DNA of 64,000 nucleotides from Vicinamibacteria bacterium (GTDB lineage: Bacteria > Acidobacteriota > Vicinamibacteria > Marinacidobacterales > Marinacidobacteraceae). The stretch is taken from positions 64,001-128,000 of the forward strand of contig OY729431.1 in NCBI GenBank assembly GCA_963422395.1, read 5' to 3'. Positions 1 to 9,965 of this stretch are shown piece by piece. The notes under the pieces are model-generated. The model had not been told where the DNA came from and made no database searches. It saw only the letters and a list, made by a program, of their open reading frames with translations. The translations under genes were made by a program, and so were the position numbers. The first letter of the stretch is position 1. Every line of letters begins with the position of its first letter.

Positions 1-248
1 TCGAAGCCGAGTTCACTCCCGCCGAGGCGCTTCAGGTGATGAGCCTCAACGGCGCCCGGGTGCTCGGGGTGGACGAAGACCTCGGCAGCATCGAGGCCGG
101 GAAGGTCGCCGACCTCGTGCTGATCGACGGCGATCCGGTTTTCGCCCCCTTCGAGATCCGGAAGGTGGTGACCGTCTTCAAGGACGGCGTCGGCTACGAC
201 TCTCGAAAGCTCATCGCCTCGGTGCGAGGCTTGGTCGGACTCGAATAA
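1..248 (+). CDS. Amidohydrolase-family protein, C-terminal fragment (5' truncated by window edge)
   Basis: SLNGARVLG...LGSIEAGKVADLVLIDGDP is the typical amidohydrolase C-terminal motif. Confidence 0.85.
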   Translation, partial: EAEFTPAEALQVMSLNGARVLGVDEDLGSIEAGKVADLVLIDGDPVFAPFEIRKVVTVFKDGVGYDSRKLIASVRGLVGLE

Positions 249-364
249 CCGTCAGCCCCACCGGAAGTCCACGGCTTGCTCCAGCGCCGGGCTGTGGGGC
301 TCCGGTTGCGGCAGGAGATCGGCCGGTCGCCAGAAAGCTCCGGGGAGTCGATCCCCAGCGAGAG

Positions 365-1111
365 CTATTCGACGAATGGTTCGAACTCTTCGCCACTCAT
401 CGGTTCGTGCTTGTCCCAACGGCTGTGCATCTCGATCAGCAGGCGCTGCGCCGTCGGATGGGGAGCCCGATTGACCCGCACCACACTGGCCCGATACTCC
501 CCCTTCGACTCCACCATGCTCATCGTCAGATCGTGTACGAAGTACCGTGGCGCCCACCCGATCAGGAAATAGTCCCGAGTCTGAATCTGGACGGCAGGCT
601 GCTTCGTCGGATTCGTGAGTTCCAGTGCGACATGCAGCTTATCGCCCGGCTGGAGAGAGTCCATCCGTTCCCGCGCTGACGGATTCGTGTGCCGGAAGCC
701 GTGGAGAAAGAACCGACAGACGAAACTCCCGTCGCCCCGCTTGACGAGCTTCGGAAACACTTCGAAAAAGTCGGTCACCCGATACCCGCCGTCCACCCAC
801 AGGATCTCCGTGGGATCCACGGACGGGTCGAGACCGAGGCCTTTCAGGTAATCCTTGAAATCCGGACGGCGAGGCGACATGACCCGGTTCCGGAAAACCG
901 GAAAAAGTTCGGACGACTCATAATCGCCGTGCAACTCGGCGAACCCGGGGACCAGATCGAATCCTCCGGTCTTCCGGGCGCGTTCCGCGCCTTTCACATG
1001 TCGAAATCGGTACCACGGCCTCGCCTCATCCGCATCCAGGCGCCCCACGGGGAACCACTGCCGACTCGCCGCCCGATCCTGCCACCCCAAGTAGAGTGTT
1101 CTTTCGCTCAC
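365..1111 (-). CDS. HIRAN-domain protein with HipA N-terminal-like (HipS-like) region, partner of the adjacent kinase
   Basis: N-terminal ..ELFPVFRNRVMSPRRPDF; C-terminal HIRAN-like FFLHGFRH...LQPGDKL...ELTNP...IGWAPRY; GTG start overlaps the kinase stop (GTGA at 1108-1111). Confidence 0.75.
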   Translation of the reverse strand: MSERTLYLGWQDRAASRQWFPVGRLDADEARPWYRFRHVKGAERARKTGGFDLVPGFAELHGDYESSELFPVFRNRVMSPRRPDFKDYLKGLGLDPSVDPTEILWVDGGYRVTDFFEVFPKLVKRGDGSFVCRFFLHGFRHTNPSARERMDSLQPGDKLHVALELTNPTKQPAVQIQTRDYFLIGWAPRYFVHDLTMSMVESKGEYRASVVRVNRAPHPTAQRLLIEMHSRWDKHEPMSGEEFEPFVE

Positions 1112-1935
1112 TTCATGCAATGCGCAATCTGTGCCGCATTGTAGTGCATCAGCGCTACGGCGAAATCTTTCGCCGATTCCGACATCCAGTCATCAGGGAC
1201 CCGCCGAACGACATCTCGAAGAGCATCGCGCTGCTCCCGGACTCTGGTGATCGGCTGGCGAAACAGATCTGGATACACCTCTGCAGCCCGACGCATCAAC
1301 CCGATCGGGCTCGGGCCGTAACGACCGGAGTCGGACCAGAAGACGCCGCCGCGACCTTTCTCGGAATAGCAACCCACAGTCCCGTCCTGTAAGCCACGCC
1401 TTCGTTTTTCCTCGCTGAGCTCACGGCCGAGAGAGGAAGCGTGATCGAAAGTCGGCGCGAGAAATCCACAAAGGCCAGAAGCAGTTCGCTTCACGAGAAG
1501 CCCCCAATTTTCGTGATGACGATCGGTGTTCCCGATGAGCGCATCCAGGACGATGTACCCAGCGAACTGCCGTTTGGCAATAGCCGCCGCATTCCTCGTC
1601 TTGAATGACGCCTCCAGCGTGTGAAAGATATTGCTCAGCGTGTGGGCCGACTGTCCGAAACGCTTTTCTCGATCGTAACTTATGGTGGTTCTGGAGAGCA
1701 CTTCGTTACCGTGGATCAGTATCCGTCCCCTGCGTGCGAAGGACTCCGTGACGGATCCGCGCACCCCCTGAAACATGGCCAGCTTCACGCCGGCATGGTG
1801 GACACCGAGACGACCTGCCGTCTCGGCGGCGATCTTTTCCGCCCAGTGTTCTCCGCTTCCTTCCCGTGGATACTTGAACAACCAACGGTCGTCCTCGTCA
1901 ACGAGTCGGTACCAGAACTTGGGTTTGCTACCCAT
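1108..1935 (-). CDS. HipA-like Ser/Thr kinase (start uncertain; frame is open to 2127)
   Basis: MGSKPKFW, WLFKYPR, GEHWAEKIA, catalytic DALIGNTDRHHENWG and LAPTFDHASSLG motifs. Confidence 0.85.
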   Translation of the reverse strand: MGSKPKFWYRLVDEDDRWLFKYPREGSGEHWAEKIAAETAGRLGVHHAGVKLAMFQGVRGSVTESFARRGRILIHGNEVLSRTTISYDREKRFGQSAHTLSNIFHTLEASFKTRNAAAIAKRQFAGYIVLDALIGNTDRHHENWGLLVKRTASGLCGFLAPTFDHASSLGRELSEEKRRRGLQDGTVGCYSEKGRGGVFWSDSGRYGPSPIGLMRRAAEVYPDLFRQPITRVREQRDALRDVVRRVPDDWMSESAKDFAVALMHYNAAQIAHCMK

Positions 1936-2081
1936 CGCCTCCGACCCGGTCCTCCACTCCCCTTCGACTGTGACGATCCGGTACGCAGCGGAACCGCGGC
2001 CCGCGGAGAGGCTCGACTTTCGAAAGGGCTCCGGCCGCGAAGCAGGGGGCCGGCCGCCGGCGGGTTCGCCGTTCGCGATGA

Positions 2082-4508
2082 TCACGATGCCGTGCGCGAA
2101 GACCATTCGATTCCCACCGGGTCGCACGCAGACTCTTCGGAAGCCGGCCTCGTCGCGCGTAGGGCGGGTGCCCGCCGACCACAGGGCCGAAGCGGTTCGC
2201 CAAGGGCGAGGGCACCCTGCGGATCGCAGTCTTCGAGGGATTTTCTCCCGACCAGATGCGGCGAACGCTCATGATCCCTTTCCGGAGGAACGAGCGAGCG
2301 GGTTTCCCATCGGGATCCGAGCACCGGCGGAACCCGCTGGGTGTATGGGCTTGCTCCGGCGCCGGGCGTCCGGTAGAGATTTCGGATTTCGGTTTCCAAG
2401 ACCTGCGGGAAGCTGGCGTCTCCGATTGCGAGCAGGGTAGCGAGCGCCGCGTCGCGGTCCCCCTGCGCCTTGGCGACCAGGGCCAGGTCGAAGCGAACGG
2501 CGGCGTCGTCGAGGACCGAACCCGGCCCGATCGCGGCGGCGGCACGCAAAAAGGCCGCCTCCGCGCGGTCCAACTCGCCGGCGGCGAAGGCGGCGAGACC
2601 TTCGGTCAACGCGGTCACTTCGGGCGGCTCGGGTCCGCCGTCGATTCGCAGTCGGTACTGCGGTCCTTCGGAACCGCCGCCAGCGCCCCCGGTGCGGACG
2701 AGCTGGTTTTTGGATACGACGACGGTCCCTCCGTGCACTTCCGCGGAGCAGTCCTCCCGCAGCGGGCCCTCCGGCGGACCCCAGGAAACACAGGTTTCTC
2801 TCTCGATTTCCTCATCGATTCCTCCACTTCTTCCTTCACCCGGCTGCTCCCGGACGAACGCGAACCCCCCTTCACGGGCGGCGACCGCCGCCGCCCGTCC
2901 GGGAACGACCGAGAGCGCGCGAAGTTCGCCCGGGTCCTCGGGCCCCCGCCCGGCGGCCACGGCAGCCACGGCGGACAGGACCAGAGGCGTTCCCCCTTCG
3001 GCTTCGTAGTCCCGCTGGATCGCGAACCGGTTGCCGGCGTTCGGCGCCAGCCCGGCAGCCACCCGGAGGCGTCCGCCGGGGACCGCTCGCACCACGCGCC
3101 GGTCGAGTCGCTGCGCCTCCTCGAGCAGCCGCTCGCCGAAGCGGGGCACGAGCTGGTCGAGCAGAGCGAGCCGCGCCGCATCCCCGGCCTGTAGGGCAGC
3201 CGCCGCGCGCAGCAGCGAAATCGCCCGAGACACTGCCCGGGGCGGCGATTCCGCCGTGTCGCGCAGCGTGGTGCGGACCGCGTCCAACAGGCGATCCTCG
3301 ATGTCCCCGAGCGGTTCGGTTCCGGCCTCGAGCCGGAGGAGGATCTCGATCAGCTCCGCCGCGCCGCGGGGAATGTCCACGAGCGGCTGGGGACCACCGG
3401 CAACGGGAGAATCGTCCAGGAAACGGAAGAGCGAAAGCAGGCGGCGGCGCACCGAATCGTCGGCGACGATGGGAAGGCGCCAGACGGACATTCCGGCGCG
3501 AGCCGCCAGCCAGAGCGTTTCCTCCGCGGAGTCCGATCCCGGAGGGAAGGGAATCGCAGCCCGGCGCGCCACATGTCCGATCGGGCGCGGCCGGAGCGCG
3601 GACCGCGCCGAAGCCGTCTGCGGCTCGGGCTGGAACAGACCGGCGCCGGTGAGCTGGGCGATCCTCGCCATGAGGGCCAGGTCGGCATCGGGGACCGCCG
3701 CGATCAGGTCCACCGCACGGCCCCGGAGCCCGATCTGGAGATCGCCGATCACTTCTCCGCAGCGCGGGCACCCGGGCGCTGGGAAATACAGCAACAGCGA
3801 ACGCCCTTCGGCAAACGAGCGGGCGCTCGACCAGGCGCCGCCGGAAACGGCGAGGGTGAGCGCGGGAAAGGGGGCCTCCTGAGGGATCGCCCCTTCCGGG
3901 ACCCTGTTCCGGGAAGCAGCGGGAGCCCGGAAACGGAAGCGGTCCAGCGCTGCGGCCAGTCCGTTTTCGGTCCGAAAAGCACCCGACCCGCGAAGCAGGT
4001 CGAGGACTTCCACGCGGTCCGGGTCCGGCGCCGCGGCCCAGGACCGAAGCAGCAAGGCGACGCGCTCCCCGAGATCGAGCTGCGGCAGGTCGGCCAGACG
4101 CCGCCAGGTCTCCGCCCGGGGGAGGAGGACCACTGCACGGCGGTACTCCCTTTCGGCACCGACAGGATCGCCGGCGGCGGCCAGCGCGTCGCCGAGGGTC
4201 TGCCGGTAGCGGGCCCGCTCTCGCCGATACGAGGCGCGGGCCGCACCCGTGAATTCGTCGAGCAGGATGCCCGCCTCGGGCGCCTCTTCTCGCCAGCGCT
4301 CCGAAGCGAAGCGTTCCGACTGTTGCAGGGCAGCGAAAGCGCTCTCGACCGCCGCGGCGGCGTCAGCGGCTCCGTCACTCGCATCGAGCAGCCGCCTCGC
4401 TTCGGCGTGCTCGGCCGATCCCGGCAGCTGCCCCGCGGCCCCTCCGGCAGAATGCCCGATGGGAACGAAGACCAACGCCGCGAGCGCCGCCGGCCGGAGA
4501 CCGCTCAA
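2082..4508 (-). CDS. Large exported hypothetical protein with TPR-like repeats and a thioredoxin-like CxxC segment (3' end uncertain)
   Basis: TTG start overlaps the upstream stop; hydrophobic N-terminus; TPR-like helices at both ends; LLLYFPAPGCPRC. Confidence 0.6.
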   Translation of the reverse strand: MSGLRPAALAALVFVPIGHSAGGAAGQLPGSAEHAEARRLLDASDGAADAAAAVESAFAALQQSERFASERWREEAPEAGILLDEFTGAARASYRRERARYRQTLGDALAAAGDPVGAEREYRRAVVLLPRAETWRRLADLPQLDLGERVALLLRSWAAAPDPDRVEVLDLLRGSGAFRTENGLAAALDRFRFRAPAASRNRVPEGAIPQEAPFPALTLAVSGGAWSSARSFAEGRSLLLYFPAPGCPRCGEVIGDLQIGLRGRAVDLIAAVPDADLALMARIAQLTGAGLFQPEPQTASARSALRPRPIGHVARRAAIPFPPGSDSAEETLWLAARAGMSVWRLPIVADDSVRRRLLSLFRFLDDSPVAGGPQPLVDIPRGAAELIEILLRLEAGTEPLGDIEDRLLDAVRTTLRDTAESPPRAVSRAISLLRAAAALQAGDAARLALLDQLVPRFGERLLEEAQRLDRRVVRAVPGGRLRVAAGLAPNAGNRFAIQRDYEAEGGTPLVLSAVAAVAAGRGPEDPGELRALSVVPGRAAAVAAREGGFAFVREQPGEGRSGGIDEEIERETCVSWGPPEGPLREDCSAEVHGGTVVVSKNQLVRTGGAGGGSEGPQYRLRIDGGPEPPEVTALTEGLAAFAAGELDRAEAAFLRAAAAIGPGSVLDDAAVRFDLALVAKAQGDRDAALATLLAIGDASFPQVLETEIRNLYRTPGAGASPYTQRVPPVLGSRWETRSLVPPERDHERSPHLVGRKSLEDCDPQGALALGEPLRPCGRRAPALRATRPASEESACDPVGIEWSSRTAS

Positions 4509-5686
4509 CGGAGGCGCTGCAATCGTTCGACCGCCGCGTGAAGCGTCGCCGGCGTCTTGCAGAAAGCGAACCGGAGACGCTGGCGGCCCGCGGCAGGATC
4601 CGCATAGAAGCTCGAACCGGGGACCGCGGCGACACCCACGGTTTCGACCAGGTGACGGGCGAAAGCCGCATCGTCTTCGAACCCGAACTCCGAAATGTCG
4701 GTCATCAGGTAATAGGCCCCGGCGGGCGGAAAGCAGCGAAATCCGATCTCGCTGAGTCCGGCGATGAGGAGGTCCCGGCGCTCTTCGTATCCCGACCGCA
4801 GCTCCTCGTAGTAGGAAGGGGGCAGGCGCAGCGCCGCGGCGCCCGCTTCCTGGAGCGGAGCGGCGGCGCCCACCGTCAGGAAGTCGTGGACCTTGCGGAT
4901 GGCGGCGGTGATGTCCGCGGGCGCCACCGTCCAGCCGACCCTCCACCCGGTCACCGAGTACGACTTCGACAGCCCGCTGATGGTGATGGTCCGTTCCGCC
5001 ATTCCCGGCAGGGTGGCGAGCGGGATGTGACGAGCGCCGTCGTAGGTGATGAACTCGTAGATCTCGTCGGTGATCGCGACGAGATCGTGTTCCTGCGAGA
5101 GCGCCGCGATCCGGGAGAGCTCCTCCCGGCCGAACACCTTGCCGCTCGGATTCTGGGGGGAGTTGACCACGATGGCCCGGGTGCGGTCCGACACTGCCGC
5201 CCGCAGCGCGTCCTCATCGAGCGACCATTCGGGCTCCGTGAGCCGCACATACCGGGGAACCGCTCCGGAGAGGACGGTGTCCGGCCCGTAGTTCTCGTAG
5301 AACGGTTCGAAGACGATCACTTCGTCGCCGGGATCCACCACCGCGAGCATGGCGGCCATCATCGCTTCGGTGGAGCCGCAAGTGACGGTGAGGTGTTCCT
5401 CGGGGTCCACCGCCATTCCGTAGATCCGGCGGTAGCGGGCGGCGAGCTCCGCCCGGAGCGAGCTGGCACCCCAGGTGATGGCGTACTGGTTGAGATCGGC
5501 GCGGATCGCGCGGACGGCCGCTTCCTTGACCGCCTCGGGAGCCGGAAAGTCGGGGAAGCCTTGGGCGAGGTTCACCGCATCGTGGGCGAGCGCGAGCCGG
5601 GTCATTTCGCGGATGACCGATTCCCCGAACTGCGCCGCCTTCGCGCTCTCCCGGTAACGGCGGGGGCGGGACGGCACAGAGATCAT
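4505..5686 (-). CDS. PLP-dependent aminotransferase class I/II (YbdL/methionine aminotransferase-like)
   Basis: NLAQGFPDF, NSPQNPSG, TDEIY and PLP-lysine motif SGLSKSYSVTGWRVG; ATGA overlap with slt. Confidence 0.92.
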   Translation of the reverse strand: MISVPSRPRRYRESAKAAQFGESVIREMTRLALAHDAVNLAQGFPDFPAPEAVKEAAVRAIRADLNQYAITWGASSLRAELAARYRRIYGMAVDPEEHLTVTCGSTEAMMAAMLAVVDPGDEVIVFEPFYENYGPDTVLSGAVPRYVRLTEPEWSLDEDALRAAVSDRTRAIVVNSPQNPSGKVFGREELSRIAALSQEHDLVAITDEIYEFITYDGARHIPLATLPGMAERTITISGLSKSYSVTGWRVGWTVAPADITAAIRKVHDFLTVGAAAPLQEAGAAALRLPPSYYEELRSGYEERRDLLIAGLSEIGFRCFPPAGAYYLMTDISEFGFEDDAAFARHLVETVGVAAVPGSSFYADPAAGRQRLRFAFCKTPATLHAAVERLQRLR

Positions 5687-8007
5687 TCCGCGAGTGCCGG
5701 ATACAGGCGGCGGTAGAGCATCTCGTTGCGCAGCACGAGCTTCACATAGTTGCGGGTCTCGGTGAACGGGATCTCCTCGATGAACCGTTCCGCGGAGACC
5801 TCCGGATCCGCTTTCGTCCAGGCGCGGACCCGGTGCGGGCCGGCGTTGTATCCGGCCAGCGCCCGCTCGGGGCGATCCTCGAATTCGTCGAGGAGTTGCC
5901 GCAGGTACCGGGTCCCGAAACGGATGTTCACCACCGGGTCGTAGAGGCGGGAAAGCCGGTAGGTCAGCCCTTCGAGCCGGGCGAGCGCCCTGCCGGTGGC
6001 GGGCATGATCTGCATGAGCCCGCGGGCGCCGACCGGAGACCGGGTACGGGGCGCAAAGGCAGATTCCTGACGGATCAGACCAGCCACCTGGAAAGGATCG
6101 AGGTTCCAGTGCGCTGCCTGGGCCTTGAGACGGTCCCGGTAGCGCAACGGGTACAGGAGACGCCACCAGACGGCGGGGAGCGCCTCCCCCGCCGCCGAGG
6201 TGTGGAAGGGAGCGGCCCGCCGCAGCGCCTGGATGGCCGGGACCTGCCGGTCCATTTCCGCGAGCAGCCATCCCGCGATCGCCTGGAACGCCGCATCGTC
6301 GGGCCGCCCGGCGCGGGCTGCCGCGCGCGCCGCGGCGAGGGCGCGGTCGGGGAATCCGGCCGCATGGAGCTGGGTGATGCGATCCGCCTCTCCAGTCCGC
6401 CGGATGCGGAATCGCTCGAGCAGCAGTTCCGGTTCGGCGAGCGGGCTCTTCCGCGCCTCCGGGCCGGCGATCTGCTGCAGGCGTTCGGCGGCGCGGCGCC
6501 CGTAGAACGAATTCTGGTAGCCGAGGAAAACCTCGCGGTAGAGCTGCACGGCGGCAGCCGAATCTTCTGTCCGTTCCCGGGATCGAGCGCTGAAGTAGAG
6601 GAACTGGCCGGCCATGAAGTCGCCCGGGTGCTCGCGGGCGGCTCGTTCGAACGCCGCTGCCGTCCCTTCGAACTCCCCGCTGCGGTAGCGGTCCCAGAGC
6701 ACATGCCAGCGGGCGAAGAGCGACCGCGGTTCCTTCGGGTGTCGTTCGGCCAGCCGCTGCAGGTAGGGAAGGGCCGCCTCCCGATCGTTCTGCGCCAGCC
6801 GGCCGCGGGCGAGGCTATAGAGCGCCCGGGCGCCGAAATCGTGCTCCTGTTCGAGGGCGAGCAACTCCTCGAGAACCCGGCTCTGGGTCGTCAGCCGCCC
6901 GAGCCGGCGCAGCGATTCGCCACGGTAGTAGAGCGCTGCGGGCCGGAGGTCCGCCCGCTGGACCCGGCGCAGCGTGCGAAGCGAGGCGCTGAGGCGCCCC
7001 CGATGGAATTCCTCGATTCCGATGCGGAGCCGCACCCGTTCCGGGTCTCCCGCCGACGCGAACCGGCGGGCGACTTCAAGGTAGTTCTGATGCGCCTTCG
7101 GGTGGTTCCCCGCCCGGGCGAAGCCTTCCGCCCGGCGCATCGCCCGGGGATAACGCTCTGCCGGGGAGGGCGCGACGACTCCCGGCCGGCGGTAGAGCCG
7201 GGACAGCGAACGCCCTGCGGCCAACGACTCGCCGTGGGTAGGAAGGTCGTAATACAAGCGCTCGAGCCGCCGCGCCGCTTCCTCCAGGCGTCCGAGACGC
7301 TCCAGCACCCGAGCGGATTCGGCGAGCGCACCGCCTTCGAGTTGGAGCGGAGCCGATCCCGCGGCAGCGTTCCCAGCCGCGGCACTTCTCGCCGCGGTGC
7401 TGACCGCTTCGAAGCGGGCCAGAGCGGCTTCGCGGTCTCCGCGGCGGTTCAGACGGCGTCCGAGCTCGAGCGCCGCCGGCAGCACCCCCGCATGGTCCGG
7501 AAACCCGGCGAGCAACCGCTCGAGCGCGGCGATCGCTTCCCGGTCCCGCGCCCGGGGGAGCCTCTCGCCGAGGAGGTGCAACGCATCGGCAGCGAGCACG
7601 CCGGCTTCGACCTCGGGAGCCGTGAGCCGGGCGATAGCGTCCGACCAGCGCTGCTGCTGCAGCGCTTCGAAGCCGAGTCGGAACGACGCCGCGCTCTGGC
7701 TCCGGCTTTCGCTAGCGGGATCCTCGACGATCGCTTCGAGAGCGGCGCGCTGCGCCGCAGCAGATTCGATCATGCGGGCGCGATGGACCGCGGCGAGGTC
7801 GGGCGGCCGGGCTTCGAGCGCGGACCAGGGCAGGGGCGGCGGCTCGCCCGGGGGGCGGTTTCCTGCCCCGGATTCCGCTTGCCCGAGTCCCCCTCGTCCG
7901 CCGCTTCCGGTGAGAGGAACCGCAACCGCCGCTACGCAGAGCCCCGCCATCACGGGGCGGTGGAGACGACCGGCCGGCTGCCGCCGACCGGAGAGAATCC
8001 GTGTCAT
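5683..8007 (-). CDS. slt: Soluble lytic murein transglycosylase (Slt-like) with TPR superhelix
   Basis: C-terminal IRQESAF, GARGLMQIMPATG, AGYNAGP and IPFTETRNYVK motifs. Confidence 0.9.
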   Translation of the reverse strand: MTRILSGRRQPAGRLHRPVMAGLCVAAVAVPLTGSGGRGGLGQAESGAGNRPPGEPPPLPWSALEARPPDLAAVHRARMIESAAAQRAALEAIVEDPASESRSQSAASFRLGFEALQQQRWSDAIARLTAPEVEAGVLAADALHLLGERLPRARDREAIAALERLLAGFPDHAGVLPAALELGRRLNRRGDREAALARFEAVSTAARSAAAGNAAAGSAPLQLEGGALAESARVLERLGRLEEAARRLERLYYDLPTHGESLAAGRSLSRLYRRPGVVAPSPAERYPRAMRRAEGFARAGNHPKAHQNYLEVARRFASAGDPERVRLRIGIEEFHRGRLSASLRTLRRVQRADLRPAALYYRGESLRRLGRLTTQSRVLEELLALEQEHDFGARALYSLARGRLAQNDREAALPYLQRLAERHPKEPRSLFARWHVLWDRYRSGEFEGTAAAFERAAREHPGDFMAGQFLYFSARSRERTEDSAAAVQLYREVFLGYQNSFYGRRAAERLQQIAGPEARKSPLAEPELLLERFRIRRTGEADRITQLHAAGFPDRALAAARAAARAGRPDDAAFQAIAGWLLAEMDRQVPAIQALRRAAPFHTSAAGEALPAVWWRLLYPLRYRDRLKAQAAHWNLDPFQVAGLIRQESAFAPRTRSPVGARGLMQIMPATGRALARLEGLTYRLSRLYDPVVNIRFGTRYLRQLLDEFEDRPERALAGYNAGPHRVRAWTKADPEVSAERFIEEIPFTETRNYVKLVLRNEMLYRRLYPALAE

Positions 8008-8095
8008 GTGGTACCATGCTACCTACTCCGGTGTGCGCGTAGCGAAGGGTTGTTTCCCTCGCTCGCGGAAGCGCCGGATGTTTCACGATAGAGGA

Positions 8096-8467
8096 GGGGG
8101 CGCACTGGGTTCGACGAAGGTACATGAGGCTGCGACTGCATGTCGGGGGTCCACCTCTCGTAAACGGTGGAAACAAAACACACACGCCAACACTGAACTG
8201 GCTCTGGCTGCTTAAGCCACGTCCTTCCTGACCTCGCCTGCCGGGCGGGAAAGGGCGTCGACTAGGTGGGCTTTGCCGGCGGTTCTCCCGGATCGTCGGT
8301 GAGCCTCAGGGATAGTTTCCGCAGCGCGACTCGCCGGGTCGATGCGGTGCGGAAGCGAACCGGGAAGGGCACCCTCGGGTGCGGATTCCCGAAACGACCT
8401 GGATATGCATGTAGAAGTCGCCGCGGAAGGCTTTCGGACGCGGGTTCGATTCCCGCCGCCTCCACCA
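8096..8467 (+). ncRNA. ssrA: tmRNA, proteolysis tag (A)ANTELALAA encoded at 8186-8215
   Basis: 5' GGGGGCG pairs with 3' CGCCTCC-ACCA (G3.U wobble, Ala identity); T-arm GGTTCGATTCC; tag ORF ends LALAA-stop. Confidence 0.96.
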
Positions 8468-8584
8468 TATTTTCCGCTGCGGGCGTTGTCCGCGCCCTCC
8501 TGATTTTTACGAGAGCTCTTCGATGGAATTCTCAACCTGCCCTATAGTCCTAGTCCGCCCGCTCGCGCGGGGGGGAGCTCATCG

Positions 8585-9913
8585 ATGCTGATACGGATTC
8601 GGCAGACCGGGCTGGCGGTGATCGCGGCGGCGGTGCTCCCGGCTGAACCCGCCTTCGCTCAGGAGTCGATAGGGGCGAGCGCCGCCGGCCTGGACACGAT
8701 GTTCGTCCTGGTGTCGGCTTTCCTGGTGTTCCTGATGCAAGCAGGGTTCGGGATGCTCGAAGCGGGGTTCATCCGGGCGAAGAACGCCTCGAACATCCTC
8801 ACGAAGAACTTCCTCGACTATTGCCTCGCATCCCTCGGCTTCTTCATCTTCGGATACGCCATCATGTTCTCGGAAGGGAATTCGCTGTTCGGAACCAGCG
8901 GCTTCCTGATGGTGGGGGCCGAATCTCCCGTCGATGTTCCGCTCTGGGCGTTCTGGCTGTTCCAGGCGGCCTTTTGCAGCGCGGCGGCGACGATCGTGGC
9001 CGGCGGCATGGCGGAGAGGATGAAGTTCAACGCGTATCTCGCGTATTCGTTCATCATCTCTTCCTTCGTGTACCCGGTGGTGGGGCACTGGACCTGGGGC
9101 GGCGGCTGGCTCTCCCAGATCGGCTTCTTCGACTTCGCCGGCTCCACCGTGGTCCATCTGACCGGCGGCGCCACAGCGCTGGTGGGGGCGTGGCTCCTGG
9201 GCCCGCGCCTCGGCCGTTTCAACGCTGACGGCACGGCGAACTTCATCGCCGGCCACTCGGTGCCCCTGGCCTCGCTGGGCGTGTTCATCCTCTGGTTCGG
9301 CTGGTTCGGGTTCAACGTCGGGTCGAACCTGACGGTGGGTTCCGGCGAGACGATCTCGCTGATCGCCATCAACACGAATCTGGCAGCGGCCTCCGGTGCG
9401 GTAACCACCACTTTCCTGGCGTGGATCGTCCACGGCAAGCCGGACCTGTTCTTCACGATGAACGGCGCCCTGGCCGGATTGGTCTCGATCACCGCCCCTT
9501 GCGCCGCGGTGAGTCCTTCAGCCTCCATCTGGATCGGTGCGATCGGCGGTTTCGTCGTCCTCTTCGCAGTTTCGATACTGACCAAATTGCGCATCGACGA
9601 CCCCTGCGGTGCATTTCCGGTTCACGGAGCGTGCGGACTCTGGGGTACCCTTTGCGTCGGACTCTGGGGTCGCGAGTCGTTCGGGGTGGCGAATAACGGT
9701 CTCTTCTACGGTGGCGGATTCGAGCAGTTGGGAATCCAGGCGCTCGGCGGTCTCTCCACCGCCGTCTTCATCGCGGTTTCGATGGGAGCTGTGTTTCTGG
9801 CGATCAAATCTCTCTTCGGCCTCCGGGTCTCCCGGATCGAAGAGATTCGCGGTCTCGACGAAAACGAACACGGCATGGAGTCCTACACCGGGTTCCAGAT
9901 CCTGGGTTCCTGA
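8585..9913 (+). CDS. amtB: Ammonium transporter
   Basis: MQAGFGMLEAG, DFAGSTVVH, WFGWFGFN, DDPCGAFPVHG; both conserved pore histidines present. Confidence 0.96.
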   Translation: MLIRIRQTGLAVIAAAVLPAEPAFAQESIGASAAGLDTMFVLVSAFLVFLMQAGFGMLEAGFIRAKNASNILTKNFLDYCLASLGFFIFGYAIMFSEGNSLFGTSGFLMVGAESPVDVPLWAFWLFQAAFCSAAATIVAGGMAERMKFNAYLAYSFIISSFVYPVVGHWTWGGGWLSQIGFFDFAGSTVVHLTGGATALVGAWLLGPRLGRFNADGTANFIAGHSVPLASLGVFILWFGWFGFNVGSNLTVGSGETISLIAINTNLAAASGAVTTTFLAWIVHGKPDLFFTMNGALAGLVSITAPCAAVSPSASIWIGAIGGFVVLFAVSILTKLRIDDPCGAFPVHGACGLWGTLCVGLWGRESFGVANNGLFYGGGFEQLGIQALGGLSTAVFIAVSMGAVFLAIKSLFGLRVSRIEEIRGLDENEHGMESYTGFQILGS

Positions 9914-9965
9914 GGAAATCTCCTTCGAGAGCATCCGCGACCACCCAGACTATGAGCACGACACC

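Noticed and set aside
8079-8094. Second parS (TGTTTCACGATAGAGG)
   Set aside because: Only a half site matches and it is not palindromic
8212-8535. ORFs such as MVEAAGIEPAS and GGGGGNRTRVR
   Set aside because: Typical spurious translations of the tmRNA antisense strand
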